Shown here piece after piece: positions 49,108 to 59,246 of a stretch of 64,000 nt of DNA. The notes beneath the pieces were generated by a model. It searched no databases, had not been told where the DNA came from, and was given only the letters and a program-made list of their open reading frames with translations. Numbering within the stretch: position 1 is the stretch's first letter; every line of letters begins with the position of its first letter. The stretch is taken from NCBI GenBank assembly GCA_040387855.1, contig JAZKCY010000001.1, positions 632,793 to 696,792 of the forward strand. The letters are read 5' to 3'. Source of the stretch: Patescibacteria group bacterium. GTDB taxonomy: Bacteria; Patescibacteriota; Minisyncoccia; Phycocordibacterales; JAKAEA01. The translations under genes were made by a program, and so were the position numbers.

Positions 49108-50010
49108 TTATGAGTTGTATGCTTTCTCTAGTGTAGCAATATCAAACTTTTTCATTTTAAGAAATGCTTGAGTTACTCTATCTATTTGTTCTTGTGTACC
49201 TTGTGTCATCATAGTGTCTAATGCTGTTGAGGTTACCTGCCATGAAAGTCCAAATTTATCTTTAAGCCAGCCACACTGCTCAGCTTCTGGAACAGCAGAT
49301 AGTTTCTGCCAATAATAATCTATCTCTTCTTGTGTATCACATGGAATCATAAGTGAAACACCTTCATTAAATATAAATTCATGAGATCGAGCACTATCCA
49401 TAGCAGCGAGCCATGTATTCATAATAAAAAAGTCTGCGTACATGAGTGTCCCTTCTTTATCAGGCTCCATACCTGCAGGATAACGCGCGGTAGTTCCTCG
49501 TTTTCCATCTTTAAATACTGAAGTATAAAAATCAATTGCCTCTTCAGCTTTTCCAGCCACTGTATTTGCATACATGATAGAAGGAGTTACAAACGGTCGT
49601 TTTTCTCCATCTGGATTTGTTAGCATCAATTGCCATGAGACTCCATACTTGTCTTGTACCCAACCATACCATTTGCTATGAGGATATTCTTGGAGTGGCA
49701 TAAGTGCGTTTCCTCCATCAATTAAGTGCGCCCACAAAGTATTCAATCGTTCTTCAGCATCTGGCCAAACTGATGGATCAAAATTGAGGAGAAACGAAAC
49801 AGAAGGATTAATTTTAAAATATGGTCCAGCACTGATACTCATAAATGGCTGACCTTCTATTTCAAATGACACGATATCGCAATCTCCTGAAGGAGTATTC
49901 CGCAGTTGCGAAACTGTATTGATCTTTGAATTTGGAAAAATAGATATATAAAACTCTGCAGCTTCTTTAGCTTGAGTATCAAACCAAAGGTGTGGGGTTA
50001 TCTTTTGCAT
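49108..50010 (-). CDS. two-domain VOC/PhnB-like (3-demethylubiquinone-9 3-methyltransferase-domain) protein
   Basis: ITPHLWFDTQAKEAAEFYISIF is typical of the PhnB/VOC N-terminus. The domain is repeated, giving ~300 aa. Confidence 0.8.
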   Translation of the reverse strand: MQKITPHLWFDTQAKEAAEFYISIFPNSKINTVSQLRNTPSGDCDIVSFEIEGQPFMSISAGPYFKINPSVSFLLNFDPSVWPDAEERLNTLWAHLIDGGNALMPLQEYPHSKWYGWVQDKYGVSWQLMLTNPDGEKRPFVTPSIMYANTVAGKAEEAIDFYTSVFKDGKRGTTARYPAGMEPDKEGTLMYADFFIMNTWLAAMDSARSHEFIFNEGVSLMIPCDTQEEIDYYWQKLSAVPEAEQCGWLKDKFGLSWQVTSTALDTMMTQGTQEQIDRVTQAFLKMKKFDIATLEKAYNS

Positions 50011-50025
50011 AAAAATTATTTATTA

Positions 50026-50568
50026 TTACTCTGCACAAAATACACGGACAATATCATCACTATCATAGGCATTGATTGCACTTTTATTTGGTCCTGCAGA
50101 ATGCACGACACTCACAATCTGCCCACTATATGCTTCACAGCCAGCTTGGGTAGAACATGTATAATCTGAATCAAATATATACGAGCTACCCCATGGGTCA
50201 AGCGGTATCCTCGATATATAAGGCCCATTCCAATTTGGAAAGTTGCCATCTGTTTCATCAACTCCTGCTGCCGCTAAATCAACATAAAGTTCATTGCCGT
50301 TACCGTTGCATGCGCCGTTACATACACATTCTGTTTCCTGTAATTTTGTTGAACCAACCGTAGGTATGAACCCAGTATCAAGGGCTAATGTTTTTATCGC
50401 ATTACTTATCTGAAAGAGTTCAGCTTTTACTTTTGTTACTCTTGCTTTTTGCCGAGCACTATTCAAACTCCCCAACACAACAGCACTAAGTGTGCCGATA
50501 ATAGCAATCACGACTAAGAGTTCGATTAAAGTAAAACCTGAACTTTTTTTGTGAAGACTCATGTACAA
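50026..50568 (-). CDS. type IV pilin-like protein (Cys-rich C-terminal domain)
   Basis: N-terminus SSGFTLIELLVVIAIIGTLSAVVLG. C-terminal carries CVCNGACNGNGN and two more Cys. Confidence 0.75.
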   Translation of the reverse strand: MYMSLHKKSSGFTLIELLVVIAIIGTLSAVVLGSLNSARQKARVTKVKAELFQISNAIKTLALDTGFIPTVGSTKLQETECVCNGACNGNGNELYVDLAAAGVDETDGNFPNWNGPYISRIPLDPWGSSYIFDSDYTCSTQAGCEAYSGQIVSVVHSAGPNKSAINAYDSDDIVRVFCAE

Positions 50569-50601
50569 CTAATCATATCAGATGATTAATTAAATACACT
50601 G

Positions 50602-51165
50602 TTAATAAAACTTTTTTCCTTCTTTCAACATTTCTAAAATAGCAGCCATTCTTTTTGCTCGAGTCTCAGGCTTTTTTGCAGTACTCAATCGAAAAGCTAT
50701 CGCATATGTATTTGTTTTGTTAAGCGTTAAAAAAAACTCATATGTTTTTGCATCTTTTTTTATCTCGTTCAAAAAGTCTTCAGGCAATACAGTATTCTTT
50801 GGCGAATCATATGCAGCATCCCATCGTCCATCTTTCTGTGCTGCTTCCACCTGTGCTAGTCCTTCAGGTTTCATCCTGTTTTCTTTAATGAGCCGTGCAA
50901 TATGTTCACGATTTACCTTAGACCATAATCCCTTAGCTCGTCGAGGTCCAAATCGTTGGAGATATGATTCGGCATCATAGCTTTTCTTAACACTATCAAT
51001 CCATCCATAGCACAGACACACATCAAGTGCTTCAGCATAGGTGATAGTCTTTTTCCCTGATGCTTTTTTAAATATGCGAATAAACAGAGCCGGTGCTTTA
51101 GTGTGATTTTTATCAAGCCACGTTTCAAATGCTTTTTGCGTTGTAAAAGATTTAATATCTTCCAT
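50602..51165 (-). CDS. YdeI/OmpD-associated family protein
   Basis: LCYGWIDSVKKSYDAESYLQRFGPRRAKGLWS matches the YdeI-family core. Confidence 0.7.
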   Translation of the reverse strand: MEDIKSFTTQKAFETWLDKNHTKAPALFIRIFKKASGKKTITYAEALDVCLCYGWIDSVKKSYDAESYLQRFGPRRAKGLWSKVNREHIARLIKENRMKPEGLAQVEAAQKDGRWDAAYDSPKNTVLPEDFLNEIKKDAKTYEFFLTLNKTNTYAIAFRLSTAKKPETRAKRMAAILEMLKEGKKFY

Positions 51166-51168
51166 TGT

Positions 51169-51558
51169 TTACTTCAGCCGTTCTAGCTTCCCTTTTCGTT
51201 TTACAATATTTTTATAATCCCACTGGATATCTTCAGCTTTCTTGAGCCATCGTTTCAAATCTTTTTTATTGATCTGATCTAGAGATGTATACCGTGCATC
51301 AGCAGCTTTAAAGCTTCCTTCATCATTCAAACCTTCTTCTTCAAAACTTTGCCCACTCCAAAATAGTAGCCGCACTGAATCCTTCAATTTGCTATAGCCT
51401 ACAACAGGATTGCCATCCAAAAACCATACAGGATGACCATGCCACACTTTATTTTCAGCTTGAGGAAGCGCGCTTAATATTTCTTGTGCAAGTGTTTCGC
51501 AAATATCTTTATCTTCTTTTAATAGAGCCTTGTTATAAATTTGAATATCTTTATGCAT
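51169..51558 (-). CDS. DUF1801 (YdhG-like) domain protein
   Basis: Begins MHKDIQIYNKALLKEDKDICETL…; pairing with YdeI is common. The track's extension to 51663 overlaps the upstream gene. Confidence 0.6.
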   Translation of the reverse strand: MHKDIQIYNKALLKEDKDICETLAQEILSALPQAENKVWHGHPVWFLDGNPVVGYSKLKDSVRLLFWSGQSFEEEGLNDEGSFKAADARYTSLDQINKKDLKRWLKKAEDIQWDYKNIVKRKGKLERLK

Positions 51559-51569
51559 ATATTGGTATA

Positions 51570-52457
51570 TTACGACTGTACTATAACAGGCATTCCAATA
51601 TCTGCCCAACGATAGAGTCTTTCTGCAACTTCTGGTGGAAGGTTCACACAACCATGTGACCATTGTTCACCAAATTTATTATGCCAATAGGCACCATGAA
51701 TGACAGCTCCATCAGTTGTAAAATAAAGATCCCATGGCACTCCAGGGAGATCATAATACTGACTACTAATATCGGGAATAGGACCTTGCATATATCTACT
51801 AGGTGTCTTTCTAAAGACAAAAAATGTACCCCGCGGTGTGAGCATTGTCTCTAAACCTGATGAAACAGGTTCCTCCATAAATAATTCAGCACCATCGTAG
51901 GCATAGAGCTTTTGTTCTGAAAGATCAACGACAATGCGTTTGGTTGTTGTGGTACTTACTGTTGCTGTATTTAAATCTCCTACATCAGTAAATACCTGCA
52001 CAGAATCAGATTCAGCAACATATAGATCACCTTCCATTCGTTCTGGATAGCGAATCCATGTAGATTTGAAATCGATTTTATACCAAGTAAGACCATCTGA
52101 AACAACACTATCGGCAACTCTAAGCACCATTCCATCTCGCAGCTTCAATACAGATGGAAATTCAGTACCTGGTCCCGATCGCATATTTACGCAGGATCCT
52201 TCACTCTTCCAATCACACCCATTATGTATCTTTATATAGGTAAATACTGGTGGTGGAGGTACTACTGGAGCTGGTGGCTCAGGCGGAGTAACTTCAATAG
52301 GTACAGAGATATCAGCTGCTATTGCATGCTGTGTCTGAGTCTGTTTCGTTAGATCTGATATTTTACCGTATGTATTATGATGCAAAATGATTCCACTCAC
52401 AGTAAGTATCGTTAATACTACTGAACAGATAAAACCATATTTTGACCACGTATCCAT
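51570..52457 (-). CDS. L,D-transpeptidase (YkuD) with N-terminal anchor and SH3b-like domain
   Basis: Catalytic motif HGAYWHN…WSHGCVNLP. TM at the N-terminus. Confidence 0.8.
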   Translation of the reverse strand: MDTWSKYGFICSVVLTILTVSGIILHHNTYGKISDLTKQTQTQHAIAADISVPIEVTPPEPPAPVVPPPPVFTYIKIHNGCDWKSEGSCVNMRSGPGTEFPSVLKLRDGMVLRVADSVVSDGLTWYKIDFKSTWIRYPERMEGDLYVAESDSVQVFTDVGDLNTATVSTTTTKRIVVDLSEQKLYAYDGAELFMEEPVSSGLETMLTPRGTFFVFRKTPSRYMQGPIPDISSQYYDLPGVPWDLYFTTDGAVIHGAYWHNKFGEQWSHGCVNLPPEVAERLYRWADIGMPVIVQS

Positions 52458-52530
52458 AATTGATAATAAAAAGATTGTTTAAGATTTAAGATAAGTATGC
52501 CAAATTTATTTTAATATGTATACTTTAGCT

Positions 52531-53067
52531 ATGAAATACGTTGCCCTACTCCGCGGGATTAATGTCGGTGGAAACAACAAAGTTGAGATGTCACGGCTTA
52601 AAAAGCTGTTTGAAAGCATGGGTTATACCAATGTCCTTACGTACATTAATTCCGGTAATATTATCTTTGAAACAAAAGGCACTACTGAAGCTCTAGCTAA
52701 GACTATTGATGCTGCAATAGAAAAAGAATTCAAAATCCCAGTAACTGTCGTCGTGCGTACCCAAAAAGAAATAGAAAAGCTTGATGATGCAGTACCGGCA
52801 ACTTGGGTCAATGATGAGAGTATGAAAACAGATATTATGTTTTTATGGAAAGAATTTGATTCTAAAGATGTAGTAAAGCAGCTTACTATTAAGCCGGATA
52901 TAGATGATGTGAAATACCTTCCTGGCGCAATAGTATGGCGAGTAGATAAAAATAAAGTTACCAAAAGCGGACTTATGAAAATAGTTGGCACAGAACTCTA
53001 TAAAAAGATGACAATACGCAATGTGAATACATTGCATAAGTTGAAAATGTTGATGGAGGATAAATAG
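52531..53067 (+). CDS. DUF1697 domain protein
   Basis: Begins MKYVALLRGINVGGNNKVEM, the DUF1697 N-terminal signature. Confidence 0.75.
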   Translation: MKYVALLRGINVGGNNKVEMSRLKKLFESMGYTNVLTYINSGNIIFETKGTTEALAKTIDAAIEKEFKIPVTVVVRTQKEIEKLDDAVPATWVNDESMKTDIMFLWKEFDSKDVVKQLTIKPDIDDVKYLPGAIVWRVDKNKVTKSGLMKIVGTELYKKMTIRNVNTLHKLKMLMEDK

Positions 53068-53078
53068 TAAAAATTCTA

Positions 53079-53519
53079 TTACGAATTTCTAATTTCTAAA
53101 TATTCCTGTACACCCTTTAGCCATCCCCCTTTAAAATATTCTTCTGGCTTAAATGTTTTTATATCAGCCCAGAGCATTTCAACATGTCGTTCCGAAAGTT
53201 GTACGTCGCCACTTTTCCATGTGGCAGGATAACCAATGGCAAATATTCTTACTGTTGGATTTCCTTCAGTTGCTTCTACTCGTTCATGTCTTAGAAACAC
53301 TAAGGGTTTTTCTAATTCATATGCAAGATTACTGCCCACTTCCTGAGACATCTTTCTTGCAATAATGCTTTCGAAAGGAGCATCAAATTCATCTTTCTTA
53401 ATTCTTCCCCCAGGCAAATCCCAATCACCAAAATTATCTTTCATGACCAAAAACTTTCCATCCTTTTCTAGGAAAACCTTTACTGCTACAAAATATGTAT
53501 CTTTTTCTTGAATGCTCAT
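53079..53519 (-). CDS. NUDIX-like hydrolase (divergent Nudix box)
   Basis: DLPGGRIKKDEFDAPFESIIARKMSQEVG approximates GX5EX7REUXEEXGU. Confidence 0.55.
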   Translation of the reverse strand: MSIQEKDTYFVAVKVFLEKDGKFLVMKDNFGDWDLPGGRIKKDEFDAPFESIIARKMSQEVGSNLAYELEKPLVFLRHERVEATEGNPTVRIFAIGYPATWKSGDVQLSERHVEMLWADIKTFKPEEYFKGGWLKGVQEYLEIRNS

Positions 53520-53558
53520 ATATAGTATTAAGACTATTTTTAGTCTATTATAGCTTAC

Positions 53559-54020
53559 ATGATATACAATGTCCCTGGTATTGGCGAGATGGAATTAAAG
53601 ACGCTCATTCTTGATTTGAATGGGACTCTTACTGTAAAAGGAATAATTCCTGAAGGCGTTAAAGTACGGCTCACGACTCTCAAATCACAAGGATATCGAA
53701 TTCTATTTTTCACTGGAAATACACGTAACAATGCAGATGAGATTGCTACATCTCTTGGTATTGAATGGATTCTTGCCGAGAGCGGTGTAGCAAAACGTGA
53801 TGAAGCATTGAAAATAGATCCTAAAACTTGTGTTTCTATTGGCAATGGGCAGATCGATCTTGAACTTATGAAAGTTGTTAAACTCCGCATAGTTACCCTC
53901 CAATCCGAAGGAGTGCATGTGCAGACTCTTTTAAACTCCGACATTGTTATTCCTTCCATCACTGATGCACTTGATCTTCTCATTGATCCAGCAACATTAA
54001 TCGCGACAATGAGAAAGTAA
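53559..54020 (+). CDS. HAD-superfamily hydrolase-like protein
   Basis: LILDLNGTLT (DxDxT-like) and a later GNGQID. Confidence 0.5.
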   Translation: MIYNVPGIGEMELKTLILDLNGTLTVKGIIPEGVKVRLTTLKSQGYRILFFTGNTRNNADEIATSLGIEWILAESGVAKRDEALKIDPKTCVSIGNGQIDLELMKVVKLRIVTLQSEGVHVQTLLNSDIVIPSITDALDLLIDPATLIATMRK

Positions 54021-54027
54021 TTTAAAC

Positions 54028-54062
54028 AAAAACCTCGCCATAACTATGCCGAGGTTTTTGTT
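54028..54062. terminator. bidirectional intrinsic terminator
   Basis: AAAACCTCG…CGAGGTTTT stem with a 12-nt loop, followed by TGTTT. Lies between convergent genes. Confidence 0.6.
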
Positions 54063-54081
54063 TGTATCTAAAGTAAATAAA

Positions 54082-54426
54082 TTATTTACTTACTGTTGAT
54101 GTAGCGGTTGTTGTTGCAACTGCTGAAGTAGATGTTGCCATCATGCTTGTACTTGTTGCAGTCATCATAGTTGATGTTGCTGCTTGCCCTGAGCCTGTCG
54201 AAAGGGTGCTTGTCGCTACATTTGGAAGTGTTGTTCCTGCATTTAATAATACAACTCCACTGTTTGCATGAATATCTACAGGAAGACGTAGAGCTTCTGC
54301 GGCGGTATTTGCAGTTACGGTTGCGAAGTTTCCTGAGGTATTGATATAACCGTAAGTTGCTGCAAATGAATATGCAGGAAGTGCAAACACTGCTGCCACT
54401 ACTATTGCGATCATTAATTTCTTCAT
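54082..54426 (-). CDS. secreted Thr/Ala/Ser-rich protein
   Basis: Signal peptide MKKLMIAIVVAAVFALPAYSFA, followed by a TST/ATS-rich low-complexity tail. Confidence 0.5.
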   Translation of the reverse strand: MKKLMIAIVVAAVFALPAYSFAATYGYINTSGNFATVTANTAAEALRLPVDIHANSGVVLLNAGTTLPNVATSTLSTGSGQAATSTMMTATSTSMMATSTSAVATTTATSTVSK

Positions 54427-54495
54427 GTGTATTCTAATTATGTGTAATGCTTTACTCTACTATACTAGCACTATGACGAACTACAAAATTGTTAC

Positions 54496-55152
54496 TTACA
54501 AATTACGTACCTCTACCAATTCTTTATCCTTCAACTGAAATTTTTTGATCTGTCGTAAAAGTTTTTCTGCACTTTTCCAATCACCAGAACTATAAAAAGA
54601 ACTTGAAGTGATATATACAAATCCTTTTTCAATTACAACTTTTTCTAAAACTGTAGCATTACCTCCAGACCATCCAGAAATAGTATCTGGAGTTCTAAAA
54701 TTCTCAACTGATTCCCCTGTTTTGTCTTGATTGTTGAGTACAAGTCGCAAACCATAAGCACAATCACCCTTAGTACATGAGCTCACCCACACAAGAGCAT
54801 CAGCATACTTATCATTATTTAAATCACCTTTATAGATAGCATCGATTTTATTGAATCCATTATCAACAGCTACTCCATATATAGTATTCCCCTGTGCATC
54901 TTGTTGAGTAAGATACTGATACTTTGCTCTGTTTTGAGAAATGAGCCCAATGTTTAAAGCATCTACAATCTGTTGATCTGTGAGATCGGTCATGTCAGTA
55001 ATTTCTATCGAACTAAGAACTCCTTCTGTATCGGAGGTTGAAGAATTTACAGAATTTATTTTTGTAGAAAGATACACACTCGCAGATATTGCAACAATAG
55101 TTATTACGATAATACTTACTACTCGTATAAAACCTTTTTCATACTTTCTCAT
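54496..55152 (-). CDS. N-terminally anchored hypothetical protein
   Basis: TM helix at aa 10-30 (VVSIIVITIVAISASVYL) then a ~180-aa domain with CTKGDC. Confidence 0.45.
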   Translation of the reverse strand: MRKYEKGFIRVVSIIVITIVAISASVYLSTKINSVNSSTSDTEGVLSSIEITDMTDLTDQQIVDALNIGLISQNRAKYQYLTQQDAQGNTIYGVAVDNGFNKIDAIYKGDLNNDKYADALVWVSSCTKGDCAYGLRLVLNNQDKTGESVENFRTPDTISGWSGGNATVLEKVVIEKGFVYITSSSFYSSGDWKSAEKLLRQIKKFQLKDKELVEVRNL

Positions 55153-55257
55153 GATTCTTTTAGTATCTCATTAAAAATAAAACACGGCTATACGTATGTG
55201 CACATAGTATGGGAATAAAAATCCCCGGGTCTTGGTAGGCTCGGAGGGTACATATTG

Positions 55258-55986
55258 CTACACAGTCACGAGATCACTCCCCACAAGCTCGGTAGCTTCG
55301 TCGGCTAGCACACTCACGGCGCTTGCCGGTGCGTACCGAATGAGGATGAGCTCGTATGCGCAGCCGGATGTCACGAAGGCATCGTCCACGGGCATCACGG
55401 CTTCGACGTCTTGGTACCTTTCGTGATTGCGAGGAAGCGGCGGCTTCTGGGCTTTGCGAGCCCACTCGTCGATTGTCTCGCGGAACACGGCGATGACGAT
55501 GGTGCCCACAGCAGTCGTCTCACGAAACATCCTTGCAACGTGTGACTGCTGATTGCCCTTGGCGACAAACGGTATGAGCGTGCGTTTTTTGCGCCAGCCC
55601 TTCACCGTCCCGCCGTTTTCTTCGCCAACGTTGAAGATGTAGTTGGCTGTGTCGTCCCAGCAGACCGCTGAGTCAACATCTTCATACACGGGCACGATCT
55701 CGCTGTCGCTCACCGACAAGCCGTCGACGCCCATCGAGCACTGGTGGCTCGCAACAGGATCGATGACGCCGATCACAATCTCAAACTGCTCGCCCTGCTC
55801 GAGAGGGATGTAGCGGAAGTACCTATCCGCATCTCGGGGCCCGATTCCCACCACATCAGCGAGAGCCTTTGGTTGGAAAAATCTCACCTTGCGTACAGGA
55901 TCGCCACGCGCAGTGACAACGTTGATTCCCACGGTGATGAGATCACCGCGAAATACATCGGTGCCATTGGGGTTGCTTGTGTTCAC
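55258..55986 (-). CDS. hypothetical protein encoded in a high-GC island (GTG start)
   Basis: I counted 37/60 G+C at 55441-55500. GTG start is preceded by an AGGAG SD 7 nt upstream. No motif recognised. Confidence 0.5.
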   Translation of the reverse strand: MNTSNPNGTDVFRGDLITVGINVVTARGDPVRKVRFFQPKALADVVGIGPRDADRYFRYIPLEQGEQFEIVIGVIDPVASHQCSMGVDGLSVSDSEIVPVYEDVDSAVCWDDTANYIFNVGEENGGTVKGWRKKRTLIPFVAKGNQQSHVARMFRETTAVGTIVIAVFRETIDEWARKAQKPPLPRNHERYQDVEAVMPVDDAFVTSGCAYELILIRYAPASAVSVLADEATELVGSDLVTV

Positions 55987-56090
55987 GAAGCACTCCTGCC
56001 CGGTAGGGCTGTAAGAGATATAAGAGGCAACAATGGATGAACAAACTCACTACCATAAGTATGACAAATATGGTTGAGCGGCACAATCAT

Positions 56091-56537
56091 TTACTCACAT
56101 CCCCATCCATCATTGTCTCGGTCAAGATCAAATTCATCATAGCCGAGTACCTGTACTTTCCCAGTATAATTTGGTCCATTGCCTGATCCGCTTCTACAAT
56201 CATAATCCCCGGCGCCAATTTTCAAACATCCAGAATAATTTGTATTACATACAGGTTCTGATTTCGGTTCAGGTGGAGGAACTGGTTTTGGAGTCGGTGC
56301 AGGAGTTGGAGTAGGTACTGGTGTAGATTCAGGTTTTGCTACGGATTGAGCAACAGGTTTAACTTCTGGTGGTATTGCTGGCTCCTTTTTTACTTCAGGT
56401 GTTTTTTCTGCAGCCTGATTCTGAAAAGGCATCACTACAGCTGCTGGCTGAGGTGATTGGACTGCTGAGGTATCTGACATTCCAGCCATTACAACAAACG
56501 CACCAATGATTCCTGCTCCAATAAGTAGTTTTTTCAT
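56091..56537 (-). CDS. secreted Pro-rich protein with C-terminal Excalibur calcium-binding domain
   Basis: Signal peptide, PTPTPAPTPKPVPPP linker, then CNTNYSGC…DYDC…DRDNDGWGCE (the Excalibur DxDxDGxxCE loop). Confidence 0.7.
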   Translation of the reverse strand: MKKLLIGAGIIGAFVVMAGMSDTSAVQSPQPAAVVMPFQNQAAEKTPEVKKEPAIPPEVKPVAQSVAKPESTPVPTPTPAPTPKPVPPPEPKSEPVCNTNYSGCLKIGAGDYDCRSGSGNGPNYTGKVQVLGYDEFDLDRDNDGWGCE

Positions 56538-56546
56538 ACAAAGACT

Positions 56547-58109
56547 TTATCTCGAATTTAAATTTCTTTTAAAATATTCTCTAAGATCAGGATCAACTAT
56601 ATATACATATGTACCTAGAATACCTCGAGTTAATAATGTCTTATAAATATTAATCACATATCTTTTTAACTCTTCAGGATCATTTACCCCTCTATGTCCA
56701 TTTGTATCGTGATATTTATTTTTATTAACAGATATTTCTTTTCTTACTGAGTCATAATATATTTCTGGACCAATAATCACACCTGTGTAATTTAAATCAT
56801 ACCCTTGAATTGTATGAATACATCCCACCTCATTAATTGAGTTCTTTGAATTAACCCAATCATGAATTTGAGAATTCCAAAATAGTTTAGTGTTCTCAAT
56901 TACAATATCAGGAATACCTTTATTAGTTTTTGAAATCCACCTCCAGGCATACCCTGCAACTAATCTACTTATCTGATGCTCTTTATCTTTCTCTTTAATA
57001 TCCTCAACCATCTTATCTAGATCATCATATATCTTGAAATCATAATCTGAAAAATTAGCTTTTACATCTACTTTTGCTTCTAATAATTTATCAATGAAGT
57101 CTATGTACTCTTGTCCCCCTTTTACTCTCATCTGTGTCTTCAATTCAAAGCTGATTGGATTTGTTTTAAGCACTTTTGTCATTGAGACATCTGAAGGACG
57201 TACTGATTGCCGCTCATCATAAAAAAGCACAACATGTTTTGCTGATTGGACTATCCAATCGAGTTCTGTGCCTTCATTGTCCAATCCCAACTTTCTATTT
57301 GTGGCGTCAAAGCTTCCATAATTTGGAATGTTTTTTCTCTGACGTAACCGGTGGGTTTCATCTACAACTACTATGTCATATTGCTTTTGAGTTATTTCAT
57401 TAGGGCCTATCACCATTGATGAATCGAGACCAGGAATACTTCTAAACACTTTTTTGAGTGTTTGTCTTAATGAGGTCATTGCAATCACTATAGCAACATT
57501 TGTATTTCCAAGTTCAACAAGTCTTTTTATAAGAAAAGTAGCTAGAATTGTTTTACCTGTACCTGGTCCGCCATGAATAATATAAGTTTGCTTTTTATCT
57601 TCCTTGAAATACTCAAGGAGCTTCATCGCTATTAAATACTGATCATCGGTAAGTGTTTTATATGGTGAGTATTTAAAAATATCGCTATTTCTAATTTGAA
57701 GAAGATCGTTTTTTGCTAGCTTTTTTTCCTGAAGTGTCTTCCACAAAAGTTCAAATTTGGTTTTATATCTTTCTCTATCAAAATAATCATGATTCTGAAG
57801 ACCTGCATTTCCATTTTGTAGAATGTACTGTCCATCAGCAACCATATATTCAATGAGAGAAGATTCAGTATCTAGAGTTGCAGACTTGTTAAACTCATCA
57901 TCAGATATGATATGAATTTTATTTAATTGTTTTCTACTTTGATTATCTAAATGTTGTTTAGTACGACTATATACGCGAACGGTCTCACCGACATAGAGTT
58001 CTTTTCCATTTTCTATAAGATACACTACAGGCCAGCCACTTCCATACTTGGAGGTGCGTATTGTTTCAACTCCAGCTTGATCAAAAGGAAATGTCTTTAT
58101 GTCAGACAT
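56547..58109 (-). CDS. GIY-YIG nuclease domain fused to DUF2075 / Schlafen-like P-loop ATPase
   Basis: The N-terminus VVYLIENGKELYVGETVRVYSRTKQH is a GIY-YIG core. The central region has GGPGTGKT (Walker A) and VVVDETHRL (DExH-like Walker B), in the DUF2075 arrangement. Confidence 0.8.
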   Translation of the reverse strand: MSDIKTFPFDQAGVETIRTSKYGSGWPVVYLIENGKELYVGETVRVYSRTKQHLDNQSRKQLNKIHIISDDEFNKSATLDTESSLIEYMVADGQYILQNGNAGLQNHDYFDRERYKTKFELLWKTLQEKKLAKNDLLQIRNSDIFKYSPYKTLTDDQYLIAMKLLEYFKEDKKQTYIIHGGPGTGKTILATFLIKRLVELGNTNVAIVIAMTSLRQTLKKVFRSIPGLDSSMVIGPNEITQKQYDIVVVDETHRLRQRKNIPNYGSFDATNRKLGLDNEGTELDWIVQSAKHVVLFYDERQSVRPSDVSMTKVLKTNPISFELKTQMRVKGGQEYIDFIDKLLEAKVDVKANFSDYDFKIYDDLDKMVEDIKEKDKEHQISRLVAGYAWRWISKTNKGIPDIVIENTKLFWNSQIHDWVNSKNSINEVGCIHTIQGYDLNYTGVIIGPEIYYDSVRKEISVNKNKYHDTNGHRGVNDPEELKRYVINIYKTLLTRGILGTYVYIVDPDLREYFKRNLNSR

Positions 58110-58112
58110 ATA

Positions 58113-58460
58113 TTAAAGCTTAGTATACTTATCGGATTTTCCTTTTGCTTTTTCTACAGAATACTTTGCTTCATTCTGCTTCATTTTTTCCTCAAACAGT
58201 TTTTTAATATCTAAACCTAGATCATGTGACATTAGAAGCACCCAATACAATACATCAGCAAGCTCTTCACCGACTTTATCTTTATTCTCCACAAGATAAT
58301 TTTCAATATCACCTTCTTTTTTCCATTGGAAATGTTCTAGTACTTCTGTTGCTTCCAGAACAAGTGAGAGCGCCATGTCTTTTGCATTATGAAATTGCTT
58401 CCAGTCTCTTTTGTCTCTAAAGTCAACTATTCTTTTTGTTAAATCCTTAATTTCAGACAT
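58113..58460 (-). CDS. MazG-like all-alpha NTP pyrophosphohydrolase
   Basis: ALSLVLEATEVLEHFQW and ELADVLYWVLLMSHDLGLD match the small MazG/NTP-PPase family. Its stop lies 3 nt before the downstream start. Confidence 0.75.
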   Translation of the reverse strand: MSEIKDLTKRIVDFRDKRDWKQFHNAKDMALSLVLEATEVLEHFQWKKEGDIENYLVENKDKVGEELADVLYWVLLMSHDLGLDIKKLFEEKMKQNEAKYSVEKAKGKSDKYTKL

Positions 58461-58549
58461 ATTTATATAAACTTATCTATAAGCCTATACCTTCTAAAGA
58501 AAAAATCAATTATTTCTAAAGTCTTCGCGAAGTCACAAGGTACCTGTCC

Positions 58550-59233
58550 CTATTTTCCAACTTCAAATACATTTGGCCATTGTCTAAGTTCGCTTGTTGT
58601 TTCACCATAAAAAATATTAAATTTTTCAATAATTTCTCGTACATGAACATGTAGGAATTGCGGCTGATTTTTAAGACTGTTTCTAGGTAATGTTAAAGCA
58701 AATACTTGGGGCTCGCTAAGACTTGTGACATTCATATCACTATTAACAAAAGAATGTTTGTGAGCATTTGCTATATCATTTAATATCTCCAAAAATGAAA
58801 TGTGCCCGGAATATTTTGATTTTATATTCCTCGCTAATTGAGAGGGCTCATTAATTAGTGCTCCTATGCAATCAACCTTCAGGATGTCAGGAAATTCTTC
58901 ATTAGCAATATAAAAGTCTTTTATATAAAGCAGTGATATGAGTTCATCTGTTGTTCTCTTTAGCCAAAAAGTAATTTCATCACTAAGAGAGTGATCGTTT
59001 ATCGGATTATATGATATAAAATCACTTGATGTTAATTCAATCAGATTTCTCTCATGCCATTCATTCAAAACTGTTATTTTTATATTAATAAGATCTAGCC
59101 TCTGTAAAATTTTAGAGACTTTTAATGTTAAATTTCCATAGGGTGTATTTGGAGGAAGATAAAATAAATGACTATTACTTATGGTTGGCTGATCATATGG
59201 ACGTTTGCCGTTATTTATAAAAGGTATTGGCAT
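58550..59233 (-). CDS. hypothetical protein
   Basis: 227 aa, no TM, no motif. Same strand and tightly spaced within the block. Confidence 0.45.
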   Translation of the reverse strand: MPIPFINNGKRPYDQPTISNSHLFYLPPNTPYGNLTLKVSKILQRLDLINIKITVLNEWHERNLIELTSSDFISYNPINDHSLSDEITFWLKRTTDELISLLYIKDFYIANEEFPDILKVDCIGALINEPSQLARNIKSKYSGHISFLEILNDIANAHKHSFVNSDMNVTSLSEPQVFALTLPRNSLKNQPQFLHVHVREIIEKFNIFYGETTSELRQWPNVFEVGK

Positions 59234-59246
59234 TTTAAGTTATATT

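Noticed and set aside
55274-56040. ORFs 55744-56040 (+), 55274-55465 (-) and 55232-55426 (+) in island D
   Set aside because: These are antisense or shadow frames of the 55258-55986 gene, with an Arg/Ala-rich composition and no SD.
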